IMG/VR virus record: IMGVR_UViG_3300028666_000002
Origin: a virus
Direction: 5' to 3' (one strand)
Length of the DNA: 64,000 nucleotides
The translations under genes were made by a program, and so were the position numbers. The first letter of the stretch is position 1. Each line of letters opens with the position of its first letter. Shown here piece after piece: positions 19,594-29,190 of this stretch. The notes below the pieces were generated by a model. It saw only the letters and a program-made list of their open reading frames with translations, was not told where the DNA came from and did not search any database.

Positions 19594-20168
19594 TTTGCCC
19601 CCTTTTTAAAATTATCTAACATCCAGAGGGGTTGCATATTGGTGTAATGACAAGATTTTAAAAATTGTTTTCTATCAGATAAATCAAACGACACAAGAGG
19701 CATAATATGATCTATATTCCATTTATTTTTACCAAAACCATAGTTTTCCCATGTCATGCCTGGTTGAAACTTAGATTCTAAATAATTTTTAAATTCATTT
19801 ATAGTGCAACCCAAATCTTTCACTGCTGAACCGGCTTTTGAACCTCTTTTTATGGCTGTTACGAGTCTTCTTCTTAAATTAGAAGCTAATCTAGCATTTA
19901 AATTATTTTTCAAAAAAACAATACTTTTATCGTTTATACTTTTTTTATTATCTTGATAATATTGTCTTTTATATTCCCTTATGCTTTCCTTATTTTTCTG
20001 AGCATATGCTCGATCTCTTTTGGCAAAAACCTCCTTATTGTTTTTTCTTTGTTCAGCAGCGTATTGTTTTTTCTTATCTGAATTTTCTACATAGTAATTG
20101 GCATAATAAACCCTAAGTTTATTGGCATTTTTTATAGCCCATTCTTTTTTATAAGATGCTGAAGACAC
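19575..20168 (-). CDS. HNH-type homing endonuclease with basic helical N-terminus
   Basis: LGCT..EF..YLE..F..GMTW.NYG....W.IDHI.P...FDL......CHYTN.QPLW..DN..K. Confidence 0.8.
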   Translation of the reverse strand: MSSASYKKEWAIKNANKLRVYYANYYVENSDKKKQYAAEQRKNNKEVFAKRDRAYAQKNKESIREYKRQYYQDNKKSINDKSIVFLKNNLNARLASNLRRRLVTAIKRGSKAGSAVKDLGCTINEFKNYLESKFQPGMTWENYGFGKNKWNIDHIMPLVSFDLSDRKQFLKSCHYTNMQPLWMLDNFKKGAKCPEDL

Positions 20169-21079
20169 TATTCTTTCCTTTCATAGGCCCATTTAAATGC
20201 ACTTCTAATGGTCGTTTCCCATTCTCTTTCCTTAAAATCTCTATCTGGGATAAAATACTTTCCCAATATTCCTATAGTATATTCTTCTTCATGTCCCGTC
20301 AATGCAAATTCGACCCCTATGGCGAACCAAGTGCGGTTTCTATTTATTTTTACTCCATCCATTAAAGCCTTGCATATCCATCCCTTAACTTTGCCAAAGT
20401 CTGGAGTATCTGAAACTACACGTTCTTGTTTTTCTTGTGGTTTTTCATTGGGATGTAGGTTTAACCACGCAACCAGATCTTCTATCTTTATGGCTCCATG
20501 AAATTCCACCGTAGTTTGCTTTTTGCCAGGTTCTCTAAAGGCACCGGGAACTCTAATGCTTCTAGATGGATTTTTGGTAGCCTGGTCTGCTAGGGTAACT
20601 ATTTTAAGAATCCATTCAGAAAACACCCTGTAAACCTTTTCCGAGGGAAGGTCTCTATCTAAAGAAATAAGAAAATGCAAACTTTTGTTACCACTAAAAA
20701 CCGCAGCGCTAAATGGCATGTTTATCTTTTTGATATATGCAAGCTGATGTTCGGTCGGACCTGAATCAAGTTCGACAAGAAAATTCCTATAGGCAGTACA
20801 GTTTGCGTCTTCACGAAAACCCTTTATTGGATTAAGGGCGCATAAGATAATCTGATCTGTTCCAATATACTCTATGGCTTCTACGGCTGTTTTATTCTGC
20901 TTAATGGCGCTGTGTTCGGGAGGGACTAAAACCACGGGACCGTAAATGGCATTATCCAGGGGGATGCTGTGATAACCATATTTATTATGGCTTACACAGA
21001 TCGTCTCCCCTGGTCGAAACATCAAATTAAGAAGTTTCTTTCCTGTTTCATCCATATCACGAAACAGCACGTCCAGCAT
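20168..21079 (-). CDS. Archaeo-eukaryotic primase superfamily (RepB/prim-pol-like) primase
   Basis: FLVELD metal-binding motif, FSGNKSLH, D....NPSR.IR.PG; near the helicase. Confidence 0.75.
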   Translation of the reverse strand: MLDVLFRDMDETGKKLLNLMFRPGETICVSHNKYGYHSIPLDNAIYGPVVLVPPEHSAIKQNKTAVEAIEYIGTDQIILCALNPIKGFREDANCTAYRNFLVELDSGPTEHQLAYIKKINMPFSAAVFSGNKSLHFLISLDRDLPSEKVYRVFSEWILKIVTLADQATKNPSRSIRVPGAFREPGKKQTTVEFHGAIKIEDLVAWLNLHPNEKPQEKQERVVSDTPDFGKVKGWICKALMDGVKINRNRTWFAIGVEFALTGHEEEYTIGILGKYFIPDRDFKEREWETTIRSAFKWAYERKE

Positions 21080-21446
21080 TGTCCTGGTTCAGCTTCAATG
21101 CAAGAGCTTCCTGTTCTTTCTTGTTTTTTTCTTGTTCTTTAATTTGTGCAATCTGTGCTCGAACGTTATCCATAGCTTTCTTTTGTTCCAGCATGTATTC
21201 CTTAATGGAATCAACGGTATGATAGATTCTCTTAATCTGCTTAGCGCCAAAAGAATTCAGGACGGGAACTCTCTCTGTATTTTTGACGTTTTCGCCACCT
21301 GTAGGAGATGGGTATTCTACTTCTTTTTCTTCCGTAAGAAGCTCTACATATCCCTTATCTACAACTTTTTGCCATCGACTTGATGTACCAAATACTTCTT
21401 TTGAGAGAGCATCTAATTCTTTTCGTTGTTTTCTATTGATTTCCAT
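21057..21446 (-). CDS. Hypothetical protein
   Basis: 129-aa ORF with AGGAG RBS in a tight operon. Confidence 0.6.
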   Translation of the reverse strand: MEINRKQRKELDALSKEVFGTSSRWQKVVDKGYVELLTEEKEVEYPSPTGGENVKNTERVPVLNSFGAKQIKRIYHTVDSIKEYMLEQKKAMDNVRAQIAQIKEQEKNKKEQEALALKLNQDNAGRAVS

Positions 21447-21448
21447 TG

Positions 21449-21736
21449 TTACTCCTTATTGGCAAAGTGCGAACTAAGCCCTACATCTTCAGTATAGTCT
21501 GTTTCTTTGTCTGCTACAATACTAATTTTGATATCGTCATTGGTACCTACGCACATTACCCCAACTTTATTGTCAGGAAATAAGTTCTTAAGTTGTTTAT
21601 ATAGGGAACGCATACTTTCTGCATCAATATCGTCATCTTTAATAGTAATCATGAGGACCTCACCAGGCTTCAAGTTAATCCTTTGAGCGCTGACCTCGTT
21701 TATCTTGATTTCACTCATCTTATTCTCCTGGCTCAT
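21449..21736 (-). CDS. Hypothetical protein
   Basis: ORF in a tight operon; the second Met has an AGGAG RBS. Confidence 0.55.
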   Translation of the reverse strand: MSQENKMSEIKINEVSAQRINLKPGEVLMITIKDDDIDAESMRSLYKQLKNLFPDNKVGVMCVGTNDDIKISIVADKETDYTEDVGLSSHFANKE

Positions 21737-22013
21737 ACGTAAGCGTAAAAATGTCAGGTTTACATGGGTAGAATTCGCCCTTCACACCTTTGATAATCCA
21801 GTCGCCAACTTCTGCTCGCATTTCTCCTTCAAGTGTGGCGATATAAATATCGGTATTATCATGCATGGCTCTTCCGCCGCCCCTGTTGATCCAATCAACA
21901 ACGGCATTCATATTTGCGTTATCAGCTTCGTTATTTGTTTTGAATTGTACTGCGTCAATTACTACCGGTTTCTTTCTGAATTTACTCACTTTCCACCTCT
22001 TCTGGTTCGACAA
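21720..22013 (-). CDS. Conserved phage protein (KKPVVI.AVQF...TLEG...GDWIIKG..GEFYPCKPDIF family)
   Basis: Recognisable widespread phage motif. Confidence 0.8.
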   Translation of the reverse strand: MSNQKRWKVSKFRKKPVVIDAVQFKTNNEADNANMNAVVDWINRGGGRAMHDNTDIYIATLEGEMRAEVGDWIIKGVKGEFYPCKPDIFTLTYEPGE

Positions 22014-23136
22014 CCATGGGGGCGATTTGCTTATTCAAATCAGAACTTTCCCTAGCTGCCTTTATTTGTGCTACTTTTTCTCTAAATCTATCATCGTATA
22101 AAACATAACTTCCTTTGTCATATCCAGTAATTATCTTCTCTCCGACAGATTCGTTGAAGCGACTCTTATGAATCCACCATTCTGTGGTCAGCTCTTTCCT
22201 ATTGGCTACCATTTCCAAACAGCACGTACAAACGTTTAAAATGACTTTACGGCCTTCGATACGGGTTTTGAAGGGTATGCGACGGTCATCCTCTGTCTGT
22301 GCTACCTGAGCAAACACAATGATCGGGGCAGGGTAAATATTCTTATATTGGTCCAATTTCCTAGCTAAAGCAGATTGGACTTCCCACTCATTCATATGAG
22401 GATTTTTCCTAGATTCTTTACAATTTTGATAGTAATCTAGGATAATTACATCATAATGCTGGTTATTAGCTATCAAGTTATCGAATACCTGACAAATCCC
22501 TTCCAAAGTGGTGGTAGTGCCAGAAGCGCCACCGAAATTGTCGTCTACCACCGTAATCATGCTAGAAAGGCCTTTTATATATTGATTGAACACTTCCACC
22601 TGTTCTTCGGTGAATTTATCGTGATTAGTATAAGGCCAACCCTTAATTAAACACGTAACTCGATTGTACACATCTTCTGACTTCTCTTCATTGCTCAAAA
22701 CCAAAGCCTTGAGGCGCTTTCCAGTATCTGGGTTGGTATGCCTCACAATTTCTCTTATGATATTGGCTACAGCCGTACTTTTACCTTCTCCAGTCTTGCC
22801 ACCAATAAGAATGATGTTCTTTCTGAAAAATGGAACAGCCATATTAAAAGCATCATTTATAAATTTCATCTTTTTCTTAGCTGCCTTCATGTAGAGAGTA
22901 TTTTCTTTTTGCTTATTCTGAATTTCTTCTTCTGTCAACATCCCATAATTGGTTTTCTTAGCAATTTCCGCATTTTTATCGCTCTCAGAAATTTGATTGA
23001 TGGAATTTTCTACACGACGTTCTCGTACAATAAGCTCCTTAGCCTGTAAATCAGTTTTTCTCTTCTCCAATAGAGCCTTTTCCTCTATTTGAGCATGAAT
23101 CGGATCTATGAATTTATTCTCATCACTCATCGTCAA
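21982..23136 (-). CDS. DnaB-like (SF4) replicative helicase
   Basis: Walker A GGKTGEGKS, LSNEE, IILDYYQ, IVFAQ, KSRF. Confidence 0.8.
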   Translation of the reverse strand: MTMSDENKFIDPIHAQIEEKALLEKRKTDLQAKELIVRERRVENSINQISESDKNAEIAKKTNYGMLTEEEIQNKQKENTLYMKAAKKKMKFINDAFNMAVPFFRKNIILIGGKTGEGKSTAVANIIREIVRHTNPDTGKRLKALVLSNEEKSEDVYNRVTCLIKGWPYTNHDKFTEEQVEVFNQYIKGLSSMITVVDDNFGGASGTTTTLEGICQVFDNLIANNQHYDVIILDYYQNCKESRKNPHMNEWEVQSALARKLDQYKNIYPAPIIVFAQVAQTEDDRRIPFKTRIEGRKVILNVCTCCLEMVANRKELTTEWWIHKSRFNESVGEKIITGYDKGSYVLYDDRFREKVAQIKAARESSDLNKQIAPMVVEPEEVESE

Positions 23137-23692
23137 AACCTAAAAATTTATCCATTTCAGGATCAGTATTGTCTATCACAGTGGGCTCATCGGTAACTCT
23201 ACTGGGATCAAAAACCTTTGTAAATAGTGTTTCTACTTCCGTTTTAACTGGTTCTGATATGTCTGCTTTATCCATCTCAGATTCTAGTTCATTTTCTATT
23301 TTTTCCTGTAAAGATGGAACCTTAGATTCTTCTACAATTTTTTCTGGCTCATTTTTGCGATATTCGCTATCGGTACCAAAGACAGAGTATATGGCCCTGT
23401 CCAAATCTTTAAATCCGCAGGACATTATAGTATTGTAAGTTTTTTTAGACTTATAGGAAGTTTTTGCACCGGCAGAAGCTTTAACTATCTTATCTCTTGT
23501 AGGGCCATTTTTGAAATTATCTTTTTCTGCTCCAAGATCTTTGAGAGTGTTCAGCAAAATAGTAAATAGTTCTTTTCTTTTTTTAAGATTGATTGTATGA
23601 GTTGTATAGCCTTTTTCGTTAGTGTAGTCTTCCCCATACTCCTCCACCCATTTAATGAGTTCATCTTCTAGAAGTTGGGAAGATAATGACAT
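23123..23692 (-). CDS. Hypothetical protein
   Basis: 189-aa ORF overlapping its neighbours. Confidence 0.6.
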   Translation of the reverse strand: MSLSSQLLEDELIKWVEEYGEDYTNEKGYTTHTINLKKRKELFTILLNTLKDLGAEKDNFKNGPTRDKIVKASAGAKTSYKSKKTYNTIMSCGFKDLDRAIYSVFGTDSEYRKNEPEKIVEESKVPSLQEKIENELESEMDKADISEPVKTEVETLFTKVFDPSRVTDEPTVIDNTDPEMDKFLGFDDE

Positions 23693-24603
23693 TATTGCAA
23701 TTCCTTTAAAAGTTTCCTCGCCGTCTTAATTTCTTCACGAAATGCCTTATTGTTCCTATTTGTTTTGATGAAGTTCCTGATAATGTTAACCTTAATTTCA
23801 CATGGCTTATTTGTAAATTCTTTCTGACGTTGTTCCCACACCTGTCCGTCTTCAAATATAAAAAAAGCATCCTCTGGATTCATGTTATGGATATTATCAT
23901 GAGGATTCATCCCAGCACCACTAAAATCGTCCATCTTGAGAGATTTCTGTTCTAATGGCACCGCAACGTAATAGTTATCGTTGAAAAGGAAAGTAGATCC
24001 ATAAAGAGTGCCGACCTTCTTTTTTATTGACTTGTAAACGGCGGTATCAAGCTTTCTAAATCCTAGTTTTTCATAGTTTTTGATGAGATCCCTCTTGATC
24101 TTTGGCGGCTTCTTGGGACCGTAGTAGTAATAGTACTCTTCTGAGGGCAATCCCTTAATGTTCCTAGCTTTTTGGCGACAAACCCTAACTACATCTTCCA
24201 TTCTCTGCTTGAGAAATAGAGTTAGATTGGCCTGATTCTTATCCAACAAATCAACTTCATCTGGAACCCTATTCTGTAGTCCCTTGAACTTGTTAATAAA
24301 ATCATTATATTTTTCTGGCATCTTATCCAAAGAATAAAGTCCAAGAAAACTGACCAAATGTACATTGGCTATATTTATAATATCTTCCACTTCAAATCCG
24401 ACCATGTTGAATAGGTTTTTATAAACAGAATATGTATTCTTAGCCATATAAGAAGCTATCGGCATGAACGGTTTCATTTCTTCCAAGGTAGGATTATACT
24501 TAACCCTTCTAAAGTATTGATGTCTTAGATAGCATAATTCAAATTGATCTTTAGAGTGTATCTTCTTTTTTTCTGCTTCAGGTCTAATCACTTCAGCTTG
24601 CAT
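23692..24603 (-). CDS. Hypothetical protein with weak sigma-region-2-like segment
   Basis: MPIASYMAK.......GFEVEDIINIA..HL..FL resembles sigma region 2; function not established. Confidence 0.45.
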   Translation of the reverse strand: MQAEVIRPEAEKKKIHSKDQFELCYLRHQYFRRVKYNPTLEEMKPFMPIASYMAKNTYSVYKNLFNMVGFEVEDIINIANVHLVSFLGLYSLDKMPEKYNDFINKFKGLQNRVPDEVDLLDKNQANLTLFLKQRMEDVVRVCRQKARNIKGLPSEEYYYYYGPKKPPKIKRDLIKNYEKLGFRKLDTAVYKSIKKKVGTLYGSTFLFNDNYYVAVPLEQKSLKMDDFSGAGMNPHDNIHNMNPEDAFFIFEDGQVWEQRQKEFTNKPCEIKVNIIRNFIKTNRNNKAFREEIKTARKLLKELQ

Positions 24604-24619
24604 GGTAGGTTCCTATATT

Positions 24620-24805
24620 TTTTGGCGAGTTAGTCGCTACTCTAACCGGGGCTGTGACGGCTATTCGCCTTCGGCGTCCCTAAACGCGATATCACAGTGC
24701 GTGTCTCCAGTGACCGAATAGTGTCTCTTCTAGCCAACATAACATCTATCCTTACGTTGGTTTATGGAAGAGGAAGTCACAGCGATTCCCACGCCGTCGC
24801 CAAAA
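24620..24805 (-). ncRNA. tRNA-like structured RNA, family copy A (186 nt)
   Basis: Terminal stem UUUUGGCGA/UCGCCAAAA, CG linker, GCGUG..GA-CACGC stem, GUUAG-8nt-CUAAC T-like arm; fills the intergenic gap. Confidence 0.75.
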
Positions 24806-24809
24806 CCTT

Positions 24810-25097
24810 TTAAAGCTTTTTGAAAAAATTCAACAGCTTAGTATACCAAGGGGTATACGGGGCTGGCTTGAGGTTAAAATTTTCAAGTTTGATATACGCA
24901 TCGTCAAATTTGGTATTAAAATCATTAACTTCTGAAATGCCAGGCACGCAAGATTCACCAGAATTGTAAATTCCCGCTACAAACCCAGTGGATGCATCGG
25001 GCTTATACGGCACTGTCGTTACGTCTCCAGTCTTGAGCTTCCTCTTAAGAACCTTCTTAGATTTGCCTTTTCCTTTTCCGTTATACTTCTTTGCCAT
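24810..25097 (-). CDS. Hypothetical basic protein
   Basis: 95 aa, AGGAG RBS. Confidence 0.6.
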   Translation of the reverse strand: MAKKYNGKGKGKSKKVLKRKLKTGDVTTVPYKPDASTGFVAGIYNSGESCVPGISEVNDFNTKFDDAYIKLENFNLKPAPYTPWYTKLLNFFKKL

Positions 25098-25099
25098 AT

Positions 25100-26146
25100 T
25101 TACTCCTTATCGTCCAACTTACGGACTTCTTCTAAAATTGCCTTGTAAAGTTCTGGATTATCTCGAATTGCTAGGGCACATTCCTTCTTGCCATTGAAAG
25201 ACTGTCCACCAAAATTGTAGGTACGATTATTTGGGGTGTTTATCACTCCGGTATTCTTACCAAGCCAGAAAACTTCTTCATGTTGATTAATGATACCATG
25301 ATCGTAAGACAAAGTAAATACTCCAGCACGACCAGAGGGGCCGATAGAAGATTCTTCCATCTTAACGTAAATTTTGTGGCCATTTAGCAATTTATTGCCC
25401 CTTGCATCAGTTGCATCATCTTCAAAAGTTTTACCTTCAAGATTTGCCTTATCCTCTGCTGCTCCAGCCTTTTTTAGCGAGATAAAATATTCAAAAGCAT
25501 GACGTACAGCAAAACTAGCTTGCATTTTAGTCTTAGGGCCATATTGACCGGCATCAAAATTGGCCCGCATTTGAGCTGTTCCAATAAGCAGGATCTTATT
25601 CCTTTTGCAAAAAGGGACCAATTTAGAAAATCCAGCTTGCAAAGTAAGGGCTGAATCTCCCATAAGATGATTGGCAACTGAATCTGCGTCTTTACGCTTA
25701 TTACCCTGTACGTTAGTGATAGAATCAATAACTATCATTCTAAGAGGCATTCCATCTTGGACCAATGCTTTGATAGAATTTTCTACTCGGTCAAAAATTT
25801 CTACGGGATCAGAAGTGTCATAAATAACAAGACGTTCTTTGTCAACGCCAGTAAATACTGGACTGAAGCTGCCCCTAATCTCTGTATTAAAATAAATAGC
25901 AATTCCTTCCGGATCTCGCTTGTGCATTTCGCCAATAAGACTATAGCAAGATAGACTTTTCCCAGCCTTAGGTTCACTAAAAAACAAAACAGAAGCATTC
26001 TTTGGAATTCCATGACTACTATTAGAAAAAATCCAATTAAAATAGGGACTTGGCGTGTAAAGACAATTTTCAGGTGCAAACGGATCATATTTAAAATCTA
26101 CTGCATCGTCATACGCTTTCAATTCTTTCATCCATTTATTGGCCAT
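25100..26146 (-). CDS. recA: RecA/UvsX-like recombinase
   Basis: GIP....LFFSEPKAGKS, YFNTE, MIVIDSI, AQMR; start chosen at MANKW after an AGGAG RBS. Confidence 0.88.
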   Translation of the reverse strand: MANKWMKELKAYDDAVDFKYDPFAPENCLYTPSPYFNWIFSNSSHGIPKNASVLFFSEPKAGKSLSCYSLIGEMHKRDPEGIAIYFNTEIRGSFSPVFTGVDKERLVIYDTSDPVEIFDRVENSIKALVQDGMPLRMIVIDSITNVQGNKRKDADSVANHLMGDSALTLQAGFSKLVPFCKRNKILLIGTAQMRANFDAGQYGPKTKMQASFAVRHAFEYFISLKKAGAAEDKANLEGKTFEDDATDARGNKLLNGHKIYVKMEESSIGPSGRAGVFTLSYDHGIINQHEEVFWLGKNTGVINTPNNRTYNFGGQSFNGKKECALAIRDNPELYKAILEEVRKLDDKE

Positions 26147-26163
26147 TTTTTCTCCTAAAATCA

Positions 26164-26673
26164 TTAATATAGATTTGTTCCAGAAAGTCCACTTCTGATA
26201 ATTAAATCCATTCTTTTTTTCATGTAAGCACAGACACGTTCCATAACCTTAACCTTGCCATCGAAATTGCTTTCCAGTGCCTTAAGTTGTGCAATTCTAT
26301 CTAATGCTGCACAATATTCTTCATCTCTAATCATGAAAGCCTTTCTTAGGTCTGCGTTGTCTTGCGTTTTAGGCTTATCTTTCATAAATTCTGGATACTT
26401 ATCCAATAGAACATTTGCTTTTGCCTGTTCTAAAGCCTTCTCTGCCATCATTAAATTGTATCCAATAGATGATAAGTATCTTTTTAAGTCTCTGTATGCT
26501 TCATTATAACAATGCTCCAAGTCAGAGTAAGTAGAGGGATTTACAGTTTTAGCTTCAATAAGCCTACTCTCTGCAAATCTAACATTGGACATATCCATTT
26601 TTAATGCGGGAGATCCCCCAAAAGGGGGAATCTCCAGGATATGATTGCTTGGTAATGTAACGTTTTCGCTCAT
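26164..26673 (-). CDS. Helical protein, possible UvsY-like recombination mediator
   Basis: Coiled-coil, lies between SSB and RecA. Confidence 0.45.
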   Translation of the reverse strand: MSENVTLPSNHILEIPPFGGSPALKMDMSNVRFAESRLIEAKTVNPSTYSDLEHCYNEAYRDLKRYLSSIGYNLMMAEKALEQAKANVLLDKYPEFMKDKPKTQDNADLRKAFMIRDEEYCAALDRIAQLKALESNFDGKVKVMERVCAYMKKRMDLIIRSGLSGTNLY

Positions 26674-27741
26674 TTACAGACCAAGGTTCTTGAGGAACTC
26701 CTCGTCAGTTTGCTCAGAAACCGCTTGTGCAGTAGTCTTGGGCGCTGCTGAAGGAGCCGGTGCTGCAGGGGTCGGGGTCGCGACCTGAACAGCTGCCACT
26801 GGCGTCGTAGTCACTACTTCTGGCGTTTGAGGGCTCGCCGCAGGAGCCGTCGTACTCTGGACAGTCTGGCTTGGTGCTGCCTGAGTAGGAGCCGGTTCAT
26901 CGTCGCCTTCTAGGCCGCTATCATCCTGTTCAACCGGCTCATTTACATGTGCCTTAGAATCGAAGATATCGTCAACAGCCTTTTCTCCTTCTCGAACAAT
27001 ACGGGCAACCTGTTCCTCTGAAAGCTTCCTGAAGAGTGTATCAAGGCGAGCCGCTTCCTTATAAGTGAACTTGCCATCTTTAGAGATAGAGAAGCAACGC
27101 TTAGCCACATCCTCAGTGATAGTATGAACGACATCTTGCTCAACTTCACCAACGTTAGGAATGGTCATCTTCTTCTTGTAAACACTCACGGAATAGAGGG
27201 TATCTCGACCGGCTCCAGATCGGGTGAACACAAAATAACGACCAGATTCGGGGTCCAAAGGCTCAACACCTTGGTCACGAAGCTTCTTGATAACAGTATC
27301 AAGAGCTAGCTTAGCCTTGTGACGAATCTTGAGAATTCCAATATTACCCTGAAGATCGATAACATTCAGATAGTGATTAGCGTCAAGATTATATCGAGAT
27401 TTCTGGCCACCAGCAAATTCTTGCAACTTTGTAACCAAAGCATCGTTCCCGACCTCTTTAGCTTGCTCAATTTTAGCCTTGATATCGTTGATACGATCCA
27501 AAGCTGCATCGCGCACCTCGACCATCTTGGTCTTGCCATTCTTGATCTCAGGACTAAGAAAAGTCCTCATCTCATTCTTTGAGTTACGATATCCATAATG
27601 AACCTTATGGTAAAAGCTCCATCGACCTTCTTCTTGAAGATCTCCAATAGGAGGAAGGATACGATAAACATTATCTCCATCCTTAATTTTAAACCAATTG
27701 CGCTTTCCGCCGCCATAATTTGCTTTACCGAATCCGTTCAT
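26674..27741 (-). CDS. Single-stranded DNA-binding protein (T4 gp32-like)
   Basis: WFKIKDGDN.YRILPP..H.VHYG; DPESGR.F.F.RSG.G.DT.Y; Pro/Ala linker and acidic C-terminal tail DEEFLKNLGL. Confidence 0.8.
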   Translation of the reverse strand: MNGFGKANYGGGKRNWFKIKDGDNVYRILPPIGDLQEEGRWSFYHKVHYGYRNSKNEMRTFLSPEIKNGKTKMVEVRDAALDRINDIKAKIEQAKEVGNDALVTKLQEFAGGQKSRYNLDANHYLNVIDLQGNIGILKIRHKAKLALDTVIKKLRDQGVEPLDPESGRYFVFTRSGAGRDTLYSVSVYKKKMTIPNVGEVEQDVVHTITEDVAKRCFSISKDGKFTYKEAARLDTLFRKLSEEQVARIVREGEKAVDDIFDSKAHVNEPVEQDDSGLEGDDEPAPTQAAPSQTVQSTTAPAASPQTPEVVTTTPVAAVQVATPTPAAPAPSAAPKTTAQAVSEQTDEEFLKNLGL

Positions 27742-27751
27742 TTGTTACTCC

Positions 27752-28525
27752 TTATTTTTTAAGTGAATCGCTAATAGTTTTCAAAGCATTTTCTACATTT
27801 TCATTTGTCGGATCTTTTACAAAGATAACGCCTTCTGTGCTTTTAGCAAGCTTGGAAGTCTTACCCGCAGATACAATGAAAATCCTTTTACTCAGTCTCT
27901 CAAGATCCTTCGCCACTGTCAAGGCAAATTTATCATCGCCAGAAGGAAGCAAGATGGGAGTAAATTTTGCAGCGTGCTCTCTCTTAATAGCCACATCAAC
28001 AAGGTTATGTACGGCTTGAATTCCAACCACTTCTCCGCCAACCTGTTCTGTAACAGCACGTTTAACCAAAGTCAAAAAGTCTTCTTTGGAACCGATATTT
28101 CCTGCATATTCCTGACGAAAAATAAGCTGTGGATATACAACGATATCCAGACTAGAAGCCTTATCTTCTAGATAACGACCCAAAACATCAAAGATATTAG
28201 ACATTCCCTCTTTGCCTAGGTAAAGAGAGGGAGAAACCTTATCAACCAAGCCCTTGTAAAAGGATTCTGGATTGTCACTAAAACATTTATAGTTTTCAAC
28301 GGCAACCGAGGAAAAAGCGTCTCGCTTATCGCCCACCACCACAATAAAGGCGGCAGATTGCAGAAGTTCTGCGACATAATCGCGTCTAAGGCGCTTCATA
28401 GACTCAATAGCCTGATTCTTTCGACCACGACGCCCTGTCATGGTCTCAACCGGTCCAGAATCTACATCCTCATTTACATATGGATACACTTTCTTGATTT
28501 CTTCTAGTACTTTACTTAGTGACAT
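27752..28525 (-). CDS. Hypothetical protein (likely start MSLSKV at 28525)
   Basis: AGGAG RBS before the ATG at 28525. Confidence 0.6.
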   Translation of the reverse strand: MSLSKVLEEIKKVYPYVNEDVDSGPVETMTGRRGRKNQAIESMKRLRRDYVAELLQSAAFIVVVGDKRDAFSSVAVENYKCFSDNPESFYKGLVDKVSPSLYLGKEGMSNIFDVLGRYLEDKASSLDIVVYPQLIFRQEYAGNIGSKEDFLTLVKRAVTEQVGGEVVGIQAVHNLVDVAIKREHAAKFTPILLPSGDDKFALTVAKDLERLSKRIFIVSAGKTSKLAKSTEGVIFVKDPTNENVENALKTISDSLKK

Positions 28526-28787
28526 TGTTTCTCCTTGCAAAATAGGCCTCAAATTCATCGATGGACTTAAAGCTATTCTCAAAAGCTTTAGCGTCTTCTC
28601 GGCCATAATATGTGTCTTGAAAACTTCTATGTAGTATCATCTTACCATCTTTGGAGGTAAATTCAACGAAAATTCTTTCGCTAGCTTCATTTTTAATGAC
28701 TTTTACGGTAAGTTCTTTGTCGAGCTTCTTCTTTCTTAGAACCTTGTTATCTAAACTTGGCTGTAGACGTTGTTCTCTTGTTATCAT
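28512..28787 (-). CDS. Hypothetical protein
   Basis: 91-aa ORF in operon. Confidence 0.55.
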   Translation of the reverse strand: MITREQRLQPSLDNKVLRKKKLDKELTVKVIKNEASERIFVEFTSKDGKMILHRSFQDTYYGREDAKAFENSFKSIDEFEAYFARRNNVTK

Positions 28788-28797
28788 TTGTTACCCG

Positions 28798-29190
28798 TTA
28801 CGTATTGGTACGTATAAATTTTTTTATTATTTTCAAAAATTCCGATATACTGTAGTCTTTTTTAAGGAAATTGCAAATATAGCAGCACGGTAAACAATTA
28901 TCTTTTTCGTATCCCAAATTATTATTTGCTCTATCTATTCCATTCATCTTTGCGGTGGCCCTATCTACGGTTACTTGAAGTCGATCTTTATGTTCGTGTT
29001 TTCGTTTGCCGGTGGCGTCCAAATACATATTGCTAATTTTTGGTTTTGCATTACAATAATAACAATTTAGACTTACTATATCAACAAACTCTTCTTTAGT
29101 TAAACGAAATGTTCTTCCCATTCTCTTAGCATTTATTTTGTATCTATCGAAATTTCTCTTGTAAGTTACATATCCTTGTTCTTTTTTCAT
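28798..29190 (-). CDS. HNH-family endonuclease
   Basis: CYYC...NGIDR.NN..GY...NCLPCC..CN..K. Confidence 0.8.
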   Translation of the reverse strand: MKKEQGYVTYKRNFDRYKINAKRMGRTFRLTKEEFVDIVSLNCYYCNAKPKISNMYLDATGKRKHEHKDRLQVTVDRATAKMNGIDRANNNLGYEKDNCLPCCYICNFLKKDYSISEFLKIIKKFIRTNT

